IMG/VR virus record: IMGVR_UViG_3300044932_000025
Coordinates: 1 to 32,224 of that record
Strand: one strand, 5' to 3'
Length of the DNA stretch: 32,224 nt
DNA from: a virus
Taxonomy: Duplodnaviria > Caudoviricetes
Numbering within the stretch: position 1 is the first letter of the stretch; each line of letters opens with the position of its first letter. The notes beneath the pieces are model-generated. The model saw only the letters and a list, made by a program, of their open reading frames with translations. It was not told the DNA's origin and did no database searches. The translations under genes were made by a program, and so were the position numbers. This document shows, piece after piece, positions 1-8,761 of this stretch.

Positions 1-17
1 ATTTAAGGGACAAACAC

Positions 18-947
18 ATGGCTATTCTTCTTATTGCCGAACACGACAATGCAAGCCTTTCTGACCAGACTGCAAAGGCTCTGACTGCTGCTGCCCAGAT
101 CGGTGGCGATGTCGATATTCTGGTTGCAGGCAAGGGCGCGAAAGCTGCCGCTGATGCAGCCGCCAAGCTTTCTGGCGTTCGCAAGGTTCTGTTGGCTGAA
201 AGCGATGCGCTGGAAAACCGTCTGGCCGAGCCACTGGCTGCAGCCATCGTTGAACTCGCAGGAAACTACGACACGATCATTGCACCAGCCACCACTTCGG
301 CCAAGAACGTGCTGCCACGCGTTGCAGCACTTCTTGATGTGATGCAGCTGTCGGAAATCATGGAAGTCGTGTCTGCTGACACCTTCAAGCGTCCGATCTA
401 TGCGGGCAATGCGATCCAGACCGTGCAGTCGACTGATGCCAAGAAGGTCATCACGGTTCGTACGGCTTCTTTCTCGGCAACAGCTGACGGCGGTTCGGCT
501 TCGGTTGAAAGCATCAATGCGGCTGCTGATCCGGCACTGTCGAGCTTCGTTGAAAACAAGCTTTCGGATTCTGATCGTCCGGAACTGACTTCTGCCAAGA
601 TTATCATCTCGGGCGGTCGTGCGCTTGGTTCTTCGGAGAAGTTTGAGGAAGTGATCCTTCCTGTTGCCGACAAGCTTGGTGCAGCCGTTGGTGCCAGCCG
701 TGCGGCGGTTGATGCGGGCTACGCTCCAAACGACTGGCAGGTTGGCCAGACCGGTAAGGTGGTTGCACCGGAACTTTACATCGCAGTCGGCATTTCCGGC
801 GCGATCCAGCATCTGGCTGGCATGAAAGACAGCCGCGTGATTGTTGCGATCAACAAGGACGAAGAAGCACCGATCTTCCAGGTGGCTGATTATGGCCTCG
901 TTGGCGATCTCTTCACCGTGTTGCCGGAAATAGAAAAGGCTCTCTAA
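18..947 (+). CDS. etfA: Electron transfer flavoprotein subunit alpha (host gene)
   Basis: 309 aa; characteristic EtfA motifs [59 protein letters not shown]; SD-like AAGGG upstream. Confidence 0.97.
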   Translation: MAILLIAEHDNASLSDQTAKALTAAAQIGGDVDILVAGKGAKAAADAAAKLSGVRKVLLAESDALENRLAEPLAAAIVELAGNYDTIIAPATTSAKNVLPRVAALLDVMQLSEIMEVVSADTFKRPIYAGNAIQTVQSTDAKKVITVRTASFSATADGGSASVESINAAADPALSSFVENKLSDSDRPELTSAKIIISGGRALGSSEKFEEVILPVADKLGAAVGASRAAVDAGYAPNDWQVGQTGKVVAPELYIAVGISGAIQHLAGMKDSRVIVAINKDEEAPIFQVADYGLVGDLFTVLPEIEKAL

Positions 948-1068
948 CTCTATGTTATAGAAGGATTTGTTGATTGCTGCTGAGAACTGCGCCCCCAGTT
1001 TTGCAACAAGAACTCTAAATGGAATTATCCGTCCAAACTAGGTCAGTCCTCAGAGGCAATCACCACGA

Positions 1069-1479
1069 TTGTCGTCAATGTTATCGTTCGCCGATGAGAA
1101 TGGATATCGAGATGATACGCCCGAATTGGGGATTATGCGGTTTAAGCTGAATGCACATGGCCGATATATAAGTTGTGGTGAGCTGGATTCTTGCCGTCTG
1201 TGGACCAATGGCCAGATTGAGAAGATGAATGGCGTCATCAAAGACACGAGGGTAAAACGCTTCCACTACGACAGCCACTATAAATTATGGCAGCACATGG
1301 CTGACTATATTAATGCATATAATTTCGGTCGCCGGCTGAAGACGCTGCGAGGTCGCAAACCTAATGAATTCAAATGTAAAATATCGCCAACGGAGCCAGA
1401 AGGATTCATGATCAATGCAATCCCTCAAATGACGGGGCTGACGATCGAAATGCGAACAAAGTCGTCAGAGTTTATCTGA
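1069..1479 (+). pseudogene. IS481-family transposase remnant (C-terminal part only)
   Basis: WTNGQIEKMNGVIKDTRVKRFHYDSH...YNFGRRLKTLRG...QMTGLT resembles the C-terminus of alphaproteobacterial IS481 transposases; HTH and first DDE aspartates are absent. Confidence 0.8.
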
Positions 1480-1490
1480 CGACTATGAGT

Positions 1491-1865
1491 TTAAACACCT
1501 TCAACATTGGTCAGAAAGTCAGATACGGTCTTCATGCACAGGTCGCGCTCTTCGACATGTGGCATATGACTAGACTCTTCAAACAGTACCCACTTATTGT
1601 TTGGAACATTTTCCACATAGGGCTTCACAACCAGTGGCGTTGCTTCATCATAACGGCCAGAGATTACAAGCGTTGGTGCTTGAATGCGGCTGAGACGGTC
1701 TTCGATGGTCCAATCTTTCATCGTGCCTATTACATGAAATTCTGTCGGACCGTTCATATTGCGATAGACGGTATTGTCCTCATCCATGATCGCAAAAGTT
1801 CGCGCGACTTCCTTAGGCCAAGGATCTACGCGGCAGACATGACGATCATAAAAGACACGAGATGC
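1491..1865 (-). pseudogene. Proline iminopeptidase / L-amino-acid amidase family hydrolase, 5'-truncated
   Basis: Frame extends upstream of the listed ORF as [47 protein letters not shown]...SGRYDEATP...SSHMPHVEE (catalytic Asp/His region); recognisable similarity stops at the inverted repeat at 1866. Confidence 0.88.
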
Positions 1866-1915
1866 TGTAGGGGGGGAATACCGTCTCGGTGTCCAGAAGG
1901 TATTCCCCCCCTACA
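1866..1915. mobile_element. 50-bp mini-element with perfect 17-bp terminal inverted repeats (TGT...ACA ends)
   Basis: TGTAGGGGGGGAATACC (1866-1882) + 16 nt + GGTATTCCCCCCCTACA (1899-1915); sits exactly between two truncated genes; no target duplication. Confidence 0.6.
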
Positions 1916-2658
1916 CAGTCCGGTCGATTATGGGCGTTTGGATGATGATCTTTCGGGGGCGATCAACTGGATAACCGATGGCATGCGCGAGCTGAAACGG
2001 CAAGCGCAGGAACTTGCAACTAGCACAGCTGACAATCATAACAGCAATTATGCTGATATGCAGCAGATCCGACGCCAACTTACGAGCACATTCGGAACGG
2101 CTAAAGCCTCGTGGCAGGAAGATATCTTAACTGCCACGGGCCCAAACAGCGCTAATTGGACAGCAGCTAACGCAGATCAATGTAAGCCTTGGAACAAAGG
2201 CTGATGCGAGCACAGTCGTACTTCTTCAAAGCCGCGTTGATGGCGTTGAAGGCGATATGACCGCCATTTCCAATGCGCTGACTGAGGTCAATGCATCTGT
2301 CGATGGGACCATCTCAAATGCCGCTTGGCGGATGACGGCTACTCAGGGAAGTGGCGGTCAGTCTGTAAGGATATCTGCCTTTGGGCGCATCGGCTCTGGC
2401 GACAGCTGGAAGCAGGCCGGTTGGTTTGTGAATGTAACTCCTACCGGCAGCCAGTTTGTGATTGTTTCCAATCAGTTCGCGATTGCTGATCCCAATGATG
2501 ACGGCAGCTTTACATATCCGTTTGTTGCTCAGAATGGTGAGATTTACATGCAGAGTGTCCGGCTCGGAACGTTGAAATTCGACAGGCTTCTGTCGAACAA
2601 CAACAAACTTGATATTCGGGGCGATGGCACAAATGCGTACATCAGGATTTTCGTCTAA
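1916..2658 (+). pseudogene. Phage tail-tip / host-specificity (gpJ-like) protein C-terminal fragment, copy A, frameshifted
   Basis: SPVDYGRLDDDL...TGPNSA then a frameshift near 2153 into IGQQLTQ...RVDGVEGDMTAISN...YPFVAQNGEIYM; clearly paralogous to the 3734-5455 protein. Confidence 0.8.
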
Positions 2659-3733
2659 TGGTCAACTGGTATGCGGGCTGGAAGCCTGGTGTCGGACCCG
2701 TCATGAAAATCATGAAGTTCGACGGTGATGATCCGCTGGGTGTGGCGAATAACGCATTCAGCCGGTTCTACTTCAATTCTGAAGCAAGCAATCTTTCCTA
2801 CGTGTTTGGTCATTTCCAATTGCCCCAGACACTAAACAAATCAAACTATCCGGGCAGCTATGATCCGGGTAGTTTCTACGGCCTGCAGACCGGGGCCATG
2901 ACTGATCAGTGGGTTATGAAAAGCTCATATACCACCGCCGGCGCGAACACATCGCGGTTTGACATTTATGGCCTTATCGGACGAATGCCTGATCCAGAGC
3001 ACAATTCCGTTCGCGGAAATGAAGTTCATCTCTTCGGATGGAACTGCTCGCATTCTCTATAACTTCAAGCCTAGCACATCCTCAGCCTATTATTTCTCTG
3101 TCACGAACTATGGCGTTACTTGCTATTCGTTCGAAACGCAGCCCACCGGCCTTGGTCATCGACGCATACCCAGCCAGTTTGGATATCAAGGATGGTGCAT
3201 TCGTCCTTCTAACCAGTCAGCGGGCTTTGAAGCCTTTCTGTCGAGGGATTGGGATTTCGCTACGGCGATGATCTGGGATTTGCCATGTAACAACGTGCCA
3301 ATTCCCACACCGAATGGAACGCCCGCTGCTGGGCAACTTGCCTTTGCCTTGGAACCGACGCGGGCAAAGATGGCACGGCCCGGCTTCAGTGTGGATACCG
3401 CCACCGGGCGTCAGCTGATCATGGACAGCAATCGCACGCCGGTTAAGTGTGTGATGATGGGAGAAACTCCAGCCATTCAGCCCGGTACATCGTATTTCGT
3501 CGCCAAGCCAGCTTCAATCGACTTCGATCTTTCGCCGTCGATGGTATGTGACACCATCTGCAGTCTGAATGGATGGGGTTTTGTGATACCTCCGGTAAAT
3601 TTGAACACCGGATTTAATGAAGAGCGCACCGACGCGTTTTACAAGGTAGAACCGGGAGGCATCAGGTTCTCGGTCACAGGAACGCACTCGGTGGCTATCC
3701 GCTTTATGCTCTACGCAACTGGTTTGAAGGGCT
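2658..3733 (+). pseudogene. Phage tail-associated protein, frameshifted (about 2990) and 3'-truncated
   Basis: ORFs 2658-3062 and 2959-3789 overlap in different frames; start overlaps the stop of copy A (TAATG); beyond about 3733 the DNA belongs to the tail-tip copy B frame. Confidence 0.65.
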
Positions 3734-5455
3734 ATTGCCATTCGGGGCGCTCGCTATCAGGCGTCTGCCGAGATTACCGTTCATCCTAAGTTTCTTGATA
3801 TGATCAAGGAAGGGCGGTGGCTTCGTTGGAACAGTGCGAAGTATGGCGATAGGACGTTTCAGGTTCTCACGCGCCAGCTCGGCGGCATTAATACGGATGG
3901 TGCGCGTGACATCTCAATTGCGTTGCAGCAGATAAGCAACGGCGTATTTGATCCAACTGCGTATGAAACTAACCCTCCGAATATCGTGGTGGTTCCTCCG
4001 CCTCAGTATCTTGCTGAGGTTCAGAACCTCGACGTTATCCCGATCCTTGTCATCGCTGACGGTGGTAGCCAATTACCCGGTGCGCGGCTGCTTTGGGACA
4101 CGATTGATGACATTTCTGTCGTTGGCGTCGATATCGAGTATTGGCCTGCCAACGACCCGACACAGGTGTTTAAGCGGTTTGTTACCTGGGATGTTACCAA
4201 CGTCATCCTTGTTGAAGGCCTGACATCGCTCACCGATTGGTTTGTTCGAACCCGACTTCGTGTTGACAACGGGCGCAATGTTGCATGGTCCACACCTAAG
4301 CCTTTCCGCACCTTAAACGCTCAAGGCGATCAGAACCCGATTGATTACGAGGGATTGGCGGACGATCTGAAAGGTTATCTGGGCTGGATTGGTCCGCAGA
4401 TGCGCGAAATCATCCGTCAGGCTGAGGAGCTCGCAACAACGACATCTGACAACCACAATGCAAATTATTCAGATATCCAGCGCCTAAGCCGTCAGCTTAC
4501 CAGCACATTCAGCAATGCGCAGGCGAGCTGGCAAGAAGACATTCTTGTCGCAACTGGTCCAAACAGTGCAATTGGTCAGCAGCTCAATCGGATCAATGCG
4601 CAGCTCTGGGATAATACCGGCGCCAGCATCGTCCAACTTCTTCAGGCCAGAGTTGATGGCGTTGAAGATGAGGTTGAGGCTCAGACAACGGCAATCACTA
4701 GCCTGACGACTGTTGTGAACAATGTCAGCGCGAATGCGACGTTCAGAATGGGGACATCAGTTGCCCCTTCTGGTTGGAATTCTCGTATTGGTATGCAGGT
4801 TGAAGGCGGGACGGTTGGCGACTGGAAGAGTGCAGGGCTGTTTCTGGATGCCAATGCATCCGGTGCTCGTGTTGCTCTGATGGCTGCACAGATCGTGTTC
4901 TCTAATGGTACCGAGTATATGCGTCCGTTCGTCATTCAGGACGGCGTCATGTATGGCGATGCCTTTGTGATGGATTGGGCGAAGATCCAGAACGTTCAAA
5001 TTACTTGGGCTCAGATCGGCAGCGCTGTTATTGACAACCTGATTGTTGGAACAAGCAATCTAGACTTCAACGCTGTGACGGCGACGACTGACACGTCGTA
5101 CAATATCAACACGTCAGTCAATGACGTTACCTTGAGCTCATTCGTGATCAACAGCCCGCAGGGCAACACGATTTTGCTGGATTGGTACATCAATGCGACG
5201 CTGACTATCGTCGGTGGTTCAACGCAGTCAACGACCACGATCTCACTCATCAATACCACTACAGGGTCTATCATTCGACAGTTCAGCTATGGTCTCACCA
5301 CCGGTCAGAGCACAGCTGTATCTATCAACACGGCAGCTATTGATAGCAGTGCTGTTCGTGGGAACAATACCTATCAGGTTAGAAAGACCAACAACCAGAC
5401 CGGAACGACGTTGAGCGGTTCAGGCTATTTGAAATCGCTCGTCTGGAAACGCTGA
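3734..5455 (+). pseudogene. Phage tail-tip / host-specificity (gpJ-like) protein, copy B, N-terminally truncated
   Basis: Open frame begins IAIRGARYQASAEITVHPKFLDMIKEG just after a TGA at 3725, with no clear RBS; Fn3-like region, coiled coil, PFVIQDGVMY motif and beta-rich C-terminus; ORF track start 3800. Confidence 0.75.
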
Positions 5456-5514
5456 ACGTCTCAATCAAGCAATCTGACTAACCAGACCGTGCTTTTGCAT
5501 GGGGAGGCAAATCT

Positions 5515-6492
5515 ATGGCCGTTTTACCTGATTATGTGTCGGGAACGATTACCGTCACACAAGGTGACGTCAACTTTACCGGCACCAATACGCTGTGGCG
5601 AACGATGGGATTTCGCGAGGGTGATACTGTTCAATTGCAGGGTTTCACAGCGATCATCAAGGGAACAAGCGAATTCGGCAATCCTATCGACAGCAATGTC
5701 GCGGGTCAGTTCGTTGAACCGTGGCCGGGGCAGAGCGGAACCTTCGCGTACCGCATGCGCTTTTTGCCAGATGGTGCGAGGTTTGCAGGCAAGTCTACAA
5801 ACCTTATCGAGCTTCTGGGCAACGGCGTCCTGACAAACCTCGCTGAACTTGGCGTGGAGGAAGGCAAAACGCCAGTCGGCAACGCATCCGGGCAATACGA
5901 GCTGAAGCCAACATCAGGCTTCGGACTACAGGACCCTAACGGAAGCCTTGGCAAGCTTGCGGCGCTGACCTTAGCGGCCAATAAAATCATCCGTACCAAC
6001 ACGGCGGGGAATGCATCACAAGGCGACATCACAAATGCTGCTGCCGCTTGGCTTGCTCTTGCTGGTGCGGCAAACAAGCTGCCGTTCTTTGACGGTGCAA
6101 ATAGTGCTGCTTTGACAGATTTGACAGCGTTCGCCCGAACAATCCTCGCAACAGCAAGCGGGGCTGCGATGTGGACGGCTTTAGGCGGTACACAGTCTTT
6201 GACTGCAACTGGTTGGGTAAAGTTTCCGAACGGCTTCATTATTCAATGGGGGAGAAACTATGCCGCGGATGGTGACAGAGCCATCACGTTTCCTATCGCG
6301 TTCCCTACTCGTGCAGCCGCTAAGTTTGCGATAGCGGAACTGACTTATACGCCGACAAGCACACGCGTTACTACTATTGATAGTGCCGACAATCTTAATT
6401 CAATCTCTGTTCGTATTCGAGTTGTTAGTAACGGCGGAACGGTTTCTGTTCCCGCAGATGCAACAATAACTTGGTTCGCGTTAGGATATTAA
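5515..6492 (+). CDS. Phage tail fibre protein
   Basis: 325 aa; SD GGAGG; N-terminal GTITVTQG...GTNTLW; LTDLTAFARTIL segment; C-terminal GWVKFPNGFIIQWG...ITFPIAFP (gp53-like fibre tip). Confidence 0.88.
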   Translation: MAVLPDYVSGTITVTQGDVNFTGTNTLWRTMGFREGDTVQLQGFTAIIKGTSEFGNPIDSNVAGQFVEPWPGQSGTFAYRMRFLPDGARFAGKSTNLIELLGNGVLTNLAELGVEEGKTPVGNASGQYELKPTSGFGLQDPNGSLGKLAALTLAANKIIRTNTAGNASQGDITNAAAAWLALAGAANKLPFFDGANSAALTDLTAFARTILATASGAAMWTALGGTQSLTATGWVKFPNGFIIQWGRNYAADGDRAITFPIAFPTRAAAKFAIAELTYTPTSTRVTTIDSADNLNSISVRIRVVSNGGTVSVPADATITWFALGY

Positions 6493-6493
6493 C

Positions 6494-7009
6494 ATGGCTG
6501 TTTTCGCAACAATTGATGAGAATGGTTTTCCGACCGGCTTCTATTCCGAAGATGTTCATGGTCTGCGCAAGTTGCCAATATTTGGGCCAAAGCCGGATGT
6601 AACTGAGGAAGAAACTAACCCTGTTGCACCCGTTGTAGGTGAAAAAGATAACCCGGATTGCCAAATCCCGGTGTGGGCTATCGAGATCACAAACGAGCAA
6701 TATACTGATCTTGTAACCAATCAGCCTTTCCGCAAATGGGATGGATCGAAGGTGGTTGAACACACGCCGCCAACCCCTGAACCTGAACCGATTGTCACTA
6801 TCCTGCCCGCCATCACTCTATGGGAGAGGTTGACGGAAGATGAAGCTGATCAGGTGAATGAGGCCATGGCAACGCAGCCAGTGCGCACACAGCGCATATT
6901 TACTACAGCCAACACCTTCCGCTCAGATCACGAGCTTTGGCCTCTGTTGCAGCAAATGGCGACCGAGTTGTTTGGAGCGGAAAGGGCGGCTGAGTTGCTG
7001 GCACCGTAA
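6494..7009 (+). CDS. Tail fibre-associated / assembly-like protein
   Basis: 171 aa directly after the fibre gene; N-terminal GFYSEDVHG...IPVWAIEITNEQY typical of fibre chaperone N-termini. Confidence 0.65.
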   Translation: MAVFATIDENGFPTGFYSEDVHGLRKLPIFGPKPDVTEEETNPVAPVVGEKDNPDCQIPVWAIEITNEQYTDLVTNQPFRKWDGSKVVEHTPPTPEPEPIVTILPAITLWERLTEDEADQVNEAMATQPVRTQRIFTTANTFRSDHELWPLLQQMATELFGAERAAELLAP

Positions 7010-7048
7010 ACCACCCACCGGAACCAACCGCCCCACTTGAGGCGTATT

Positions 7049-7147
7049 TCACACCCTGCGCCATATCCAAAAGCAGAGAGCAAGAGCAAGTAGCGCTGTA
7101 ATCGCCAGCAGCGCGATGTTGTCTTCCATAACGTCAATCAGAAACAT
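7049..7147 (-). CDS. Small hydrophobic membrane peptide (32 aa)
   Basis: MFLIDVMEDNIALLAITALLALALCFWIWRRV; SD AAGGGAGG before the ATG at 7147; -10-like TATACT upstream. Confidence 0.65.
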   Translation of the reverse strand: MFLIDVMEDNIALLAITALLALALCFWIWRRV

Positions 7148-7190
7148 TCGCCCCTCCCTTTGTCGCGCTGAGTATAACGAACGAATGTGA

Positions 7191-7277
7191 AAGAAAAACC
7201 CCGGACGACGGTAGGTCAAATCCGGGGCTACACCTCCGGCAACTATGACGGGCGGCCTTTGGTGCAAAGTCATATTC
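7191..7277 (-). ncRNA. Candidate two-hairpin sRNA unit 1
   Basis: Stem TATGAC 7244-7249 / GTCATA 7269-7274 plus terminator stem CCCCGGA 7199-7205 / TCCGGGG 7221-7227 with U-tract on the minus strand. Confidence 0.45.
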
Positions 7278-7291
7278 TCAGAACAAAACTG

Positions 7292-7370
7292 AAAAGAAAA
7301 GCCCCGACCGGTTGTGTGCGATCGGGGCCATGCGAGCCATCCGATTGCGTCGTTAAGGTTGGCTCGCGCC
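7292..7370 (-). ncRNA. Candidate two-hairpin sRNA unit 2
   Basis: Stem GCGAGCCA 7332-7339 / TGGCTCGC 7360-7367 plus terminator GCCCCGA...TCGGGGC 7301-7328; -10-like TAAACT about 6 nt upstream. Confidence 0.5.
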
Positions 7371-7396
7371 AGTCGAGTTTACACTCACCGCAGATT

Positions 7397-7480
7397 GAAG
7401 AAAACCCCGGCAGGCGGGCAGCCATGAACCGGGGTTACTCACGTTACATTCAAGCGGGGGCTGTGATGCCGTGAATGGAA
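7397..7480 (-). ncRNA. Candidate two-hairpin sRNA unit 3
   Basis: Stem CATTCA 7447-7452 / TGAATG 7472-7477 plus terminator AACCCCGG 7403-7410 / CCGGGGTT 7429-7436; promoter directly upstream. Confidence 0.5.
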
Positions 7481-7484
7481 TAAG

Positions 7485-7512
7485 AATTAGCGCGCATCTT
7501 AGCAGCGTCAAG
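7485..7512 (-). promoter_or_regulatory. Sigma70-type promoter for sRNA unit 3
   Basis: Minus strand CTTGAC-N16-CTAATT, close to the rhizobial consensus CTTGAC-N17-CTATAT. Confidence 0.5.
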
Positions 7513-7520
7513 AGTTCGAA

Positions 7521-7602
7521 ATAAAAAGCCCCAGCTCGTGGGTATCTTTAACGAGCCGGGGCCGTGCGTACAGCCTGTCTGCGGTGACGTCGATACGCAT
7601 CA
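7521..7602 (-). ncRNA. Candidate two-hairpin sRNA unit 4
   Basis: Stem TGCGTA 7565-7570 / TACGCA 7594-7599 plus terminator GCCCCAGCTCGT 7528-7539 / ACGAGCCGGGGC 7551-7562. Confidence 0.5.
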
Positions 7603-7662
7603 GTATCTTCTCATAAATGCGTGCCAATGCAATGAACGGTAGCGTACAGAGAGGTGATAGTT

Positions 7663-7758
7663 TCAATCTCGCTGTACCCACAAAATCACGAGACATAATA
7701 GGCCGAACCCTGCCATCGATATTGCCAAAGCCATATTGATAACGCTGATCCAGTCCAT
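7663..7758 (-). CDS. Small hydrophobic membrane peptide (31 aa), absent from the ORF track
   Basis: MDWISVINMALAISMAGFGLLCLVILWVQRD*; SD AGGAGG 5 nt before ATG; upstream TTGTGC-N17-TAGCAT promoter-like sequence. Confidence 0.65.
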   Translation of the reverse strand: MDWISVINMALAISMAGFGLLCLVILWVQRD

Positions 7759-7856
7759 GATCCCCTCCTGATACAAAAGACGATGCTACAGTTTGTAGTT
7801 GAAGTGCACAAGTCGTGCAACGAACTGAGCAGAAGCTGCGAGTTCATCACCGGTCA

Positions 7857-7932
7857 ATAAAAAAGCCCCGACGAGACGGATCAAGTCGGAGCTTTGCGCT
7901 CAGCAGTATTTGGCAGACCGTCTTTGCGCCAC
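7857..7932 (-). ncRNA. Candidate two-hairpin sRNA unit 5
   Basis: GCGC-closed 5' hairpin (7896-7929) plus terminator AGCCCCGAC 7864-7872 / GTCGGAGCT 7885-7893 with a long U-tract. Confidence 0.45.
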
Positions 7933-8012
7933 CTCATCATCTCATAAATCCACGCCTAATCAATGTACAACACCGTACAGAAGGGCGTGTTCTCAGCCGA
8001 AAGGAAACCACC

Positions 8013-8761
8013 TTGAATATGCACCTTGGCGATACCCGCCTCTTGATTGAGGCAGGTCGAGAGCGTGGACTATTGCGCAATCAAATGGCGTATGTGCTGG
8101 CAACGGCTTACACGAGACCGCGCACACGATGAAGCCGATCCGGGAAAAGGGCGGTGAGAAGTATCTTCGAGCAAAGAAATATTACCCATTCGTTGGGATG
8201 GGGTATGTCCAAATCACTTGGGAACATAACTATGAACGGGCCTCTCGCGAATTGTGCGAGAAGGCTAGCACCCATATGTGCGTCGATTTCGTTGGTAATC
8301 CTAAGTTGCTTCTTGAACCGAAGTACGCTGCACCAATCATCATTGCGGGCATGGTCGAAGGCTGGTTCACCGGCAAGAAGCTATCGGATTAAATCACCCT
8401 GCAGAAGTCCGATTTCAAGAATGCTCGCCGGATCGTCAATGGCACTGACAAGGCCGAACTGATCGCCGGCTATGCCAAGGATTATGACAAGGCGCTGCTG
8501 TCGGAAGGCTACGGTGTTGACCAGGTGGTTACTGCACCGGCTGTTGACGTCGTTCCTGCACCCGTCGAAGAAAAGCCTATCTCCAAATCATCGCGGTTCT
8601 GGTCATGGATCGGCAGCGGCGGCGCAGGTGCTGCAATCCCGTTTGTTGATTGGCGCGCCCAGATGGTGCTCGTCGTGTTCGTTCTTGCACTCACCGCATA
8701 TGCAATCTTCACAATGCCACAGGCCAAGGCCAAGCTTGAGAAGCTGGTGGACGCTCTATGA
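8013..8761 (+). pseudogene. Endolysin (GH19/chitinase-like) with C-terminal membrane segments; frameshift and nonsense codon
   Basis: AYVLATAY[H]ETAHTMKPIRE...GMGYVQITWEHNY...GWFTGKKLSD*ITLQKSDFKNARRIVNGTDKA; base missing near 8110; TAA at 8390-8392; frame continues into ORF 8525-8761. Confidence 0.85.

Noticed and set aside
3-812. 269-aa minus-strand ORF and similar antisense ORFs (e.g. 19652-20380, 31363-32216)
   Set aside because: Shadow frames of well-supported genes on the opposite strand.
1485-2204. 239-aa + strand ORF
   Set aside because: Chimeric: the first half is the antisense of the iminopeptidase gene, it reads through the IR, and only the last part is real tail-tip sequence.
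1916-5455. Invertase shufflon or diversity-generating retroelement acting on the tail genes
   Set aside because: The copies are direct and diverged at all base types; no invertase, reverse transcriptase or inverted crossover sites are seen.
7191-7602. CRISPR array interpretation of the regularly spaced hairpins
   Set aside because: No identical direct repeats (only the short stem and A-tract are shared), the period is about 100-125 bp, and there are no cas genes in the window.
7187-8132. ORFs 7187-7474 (+), 7508-7696 (-) and the N-terminal part of 7815-8132 (+)
   Set aside because: They lack an RBS, run through terminator hairpins and have no protein-like features; only 8013 onward is the endolysin start.
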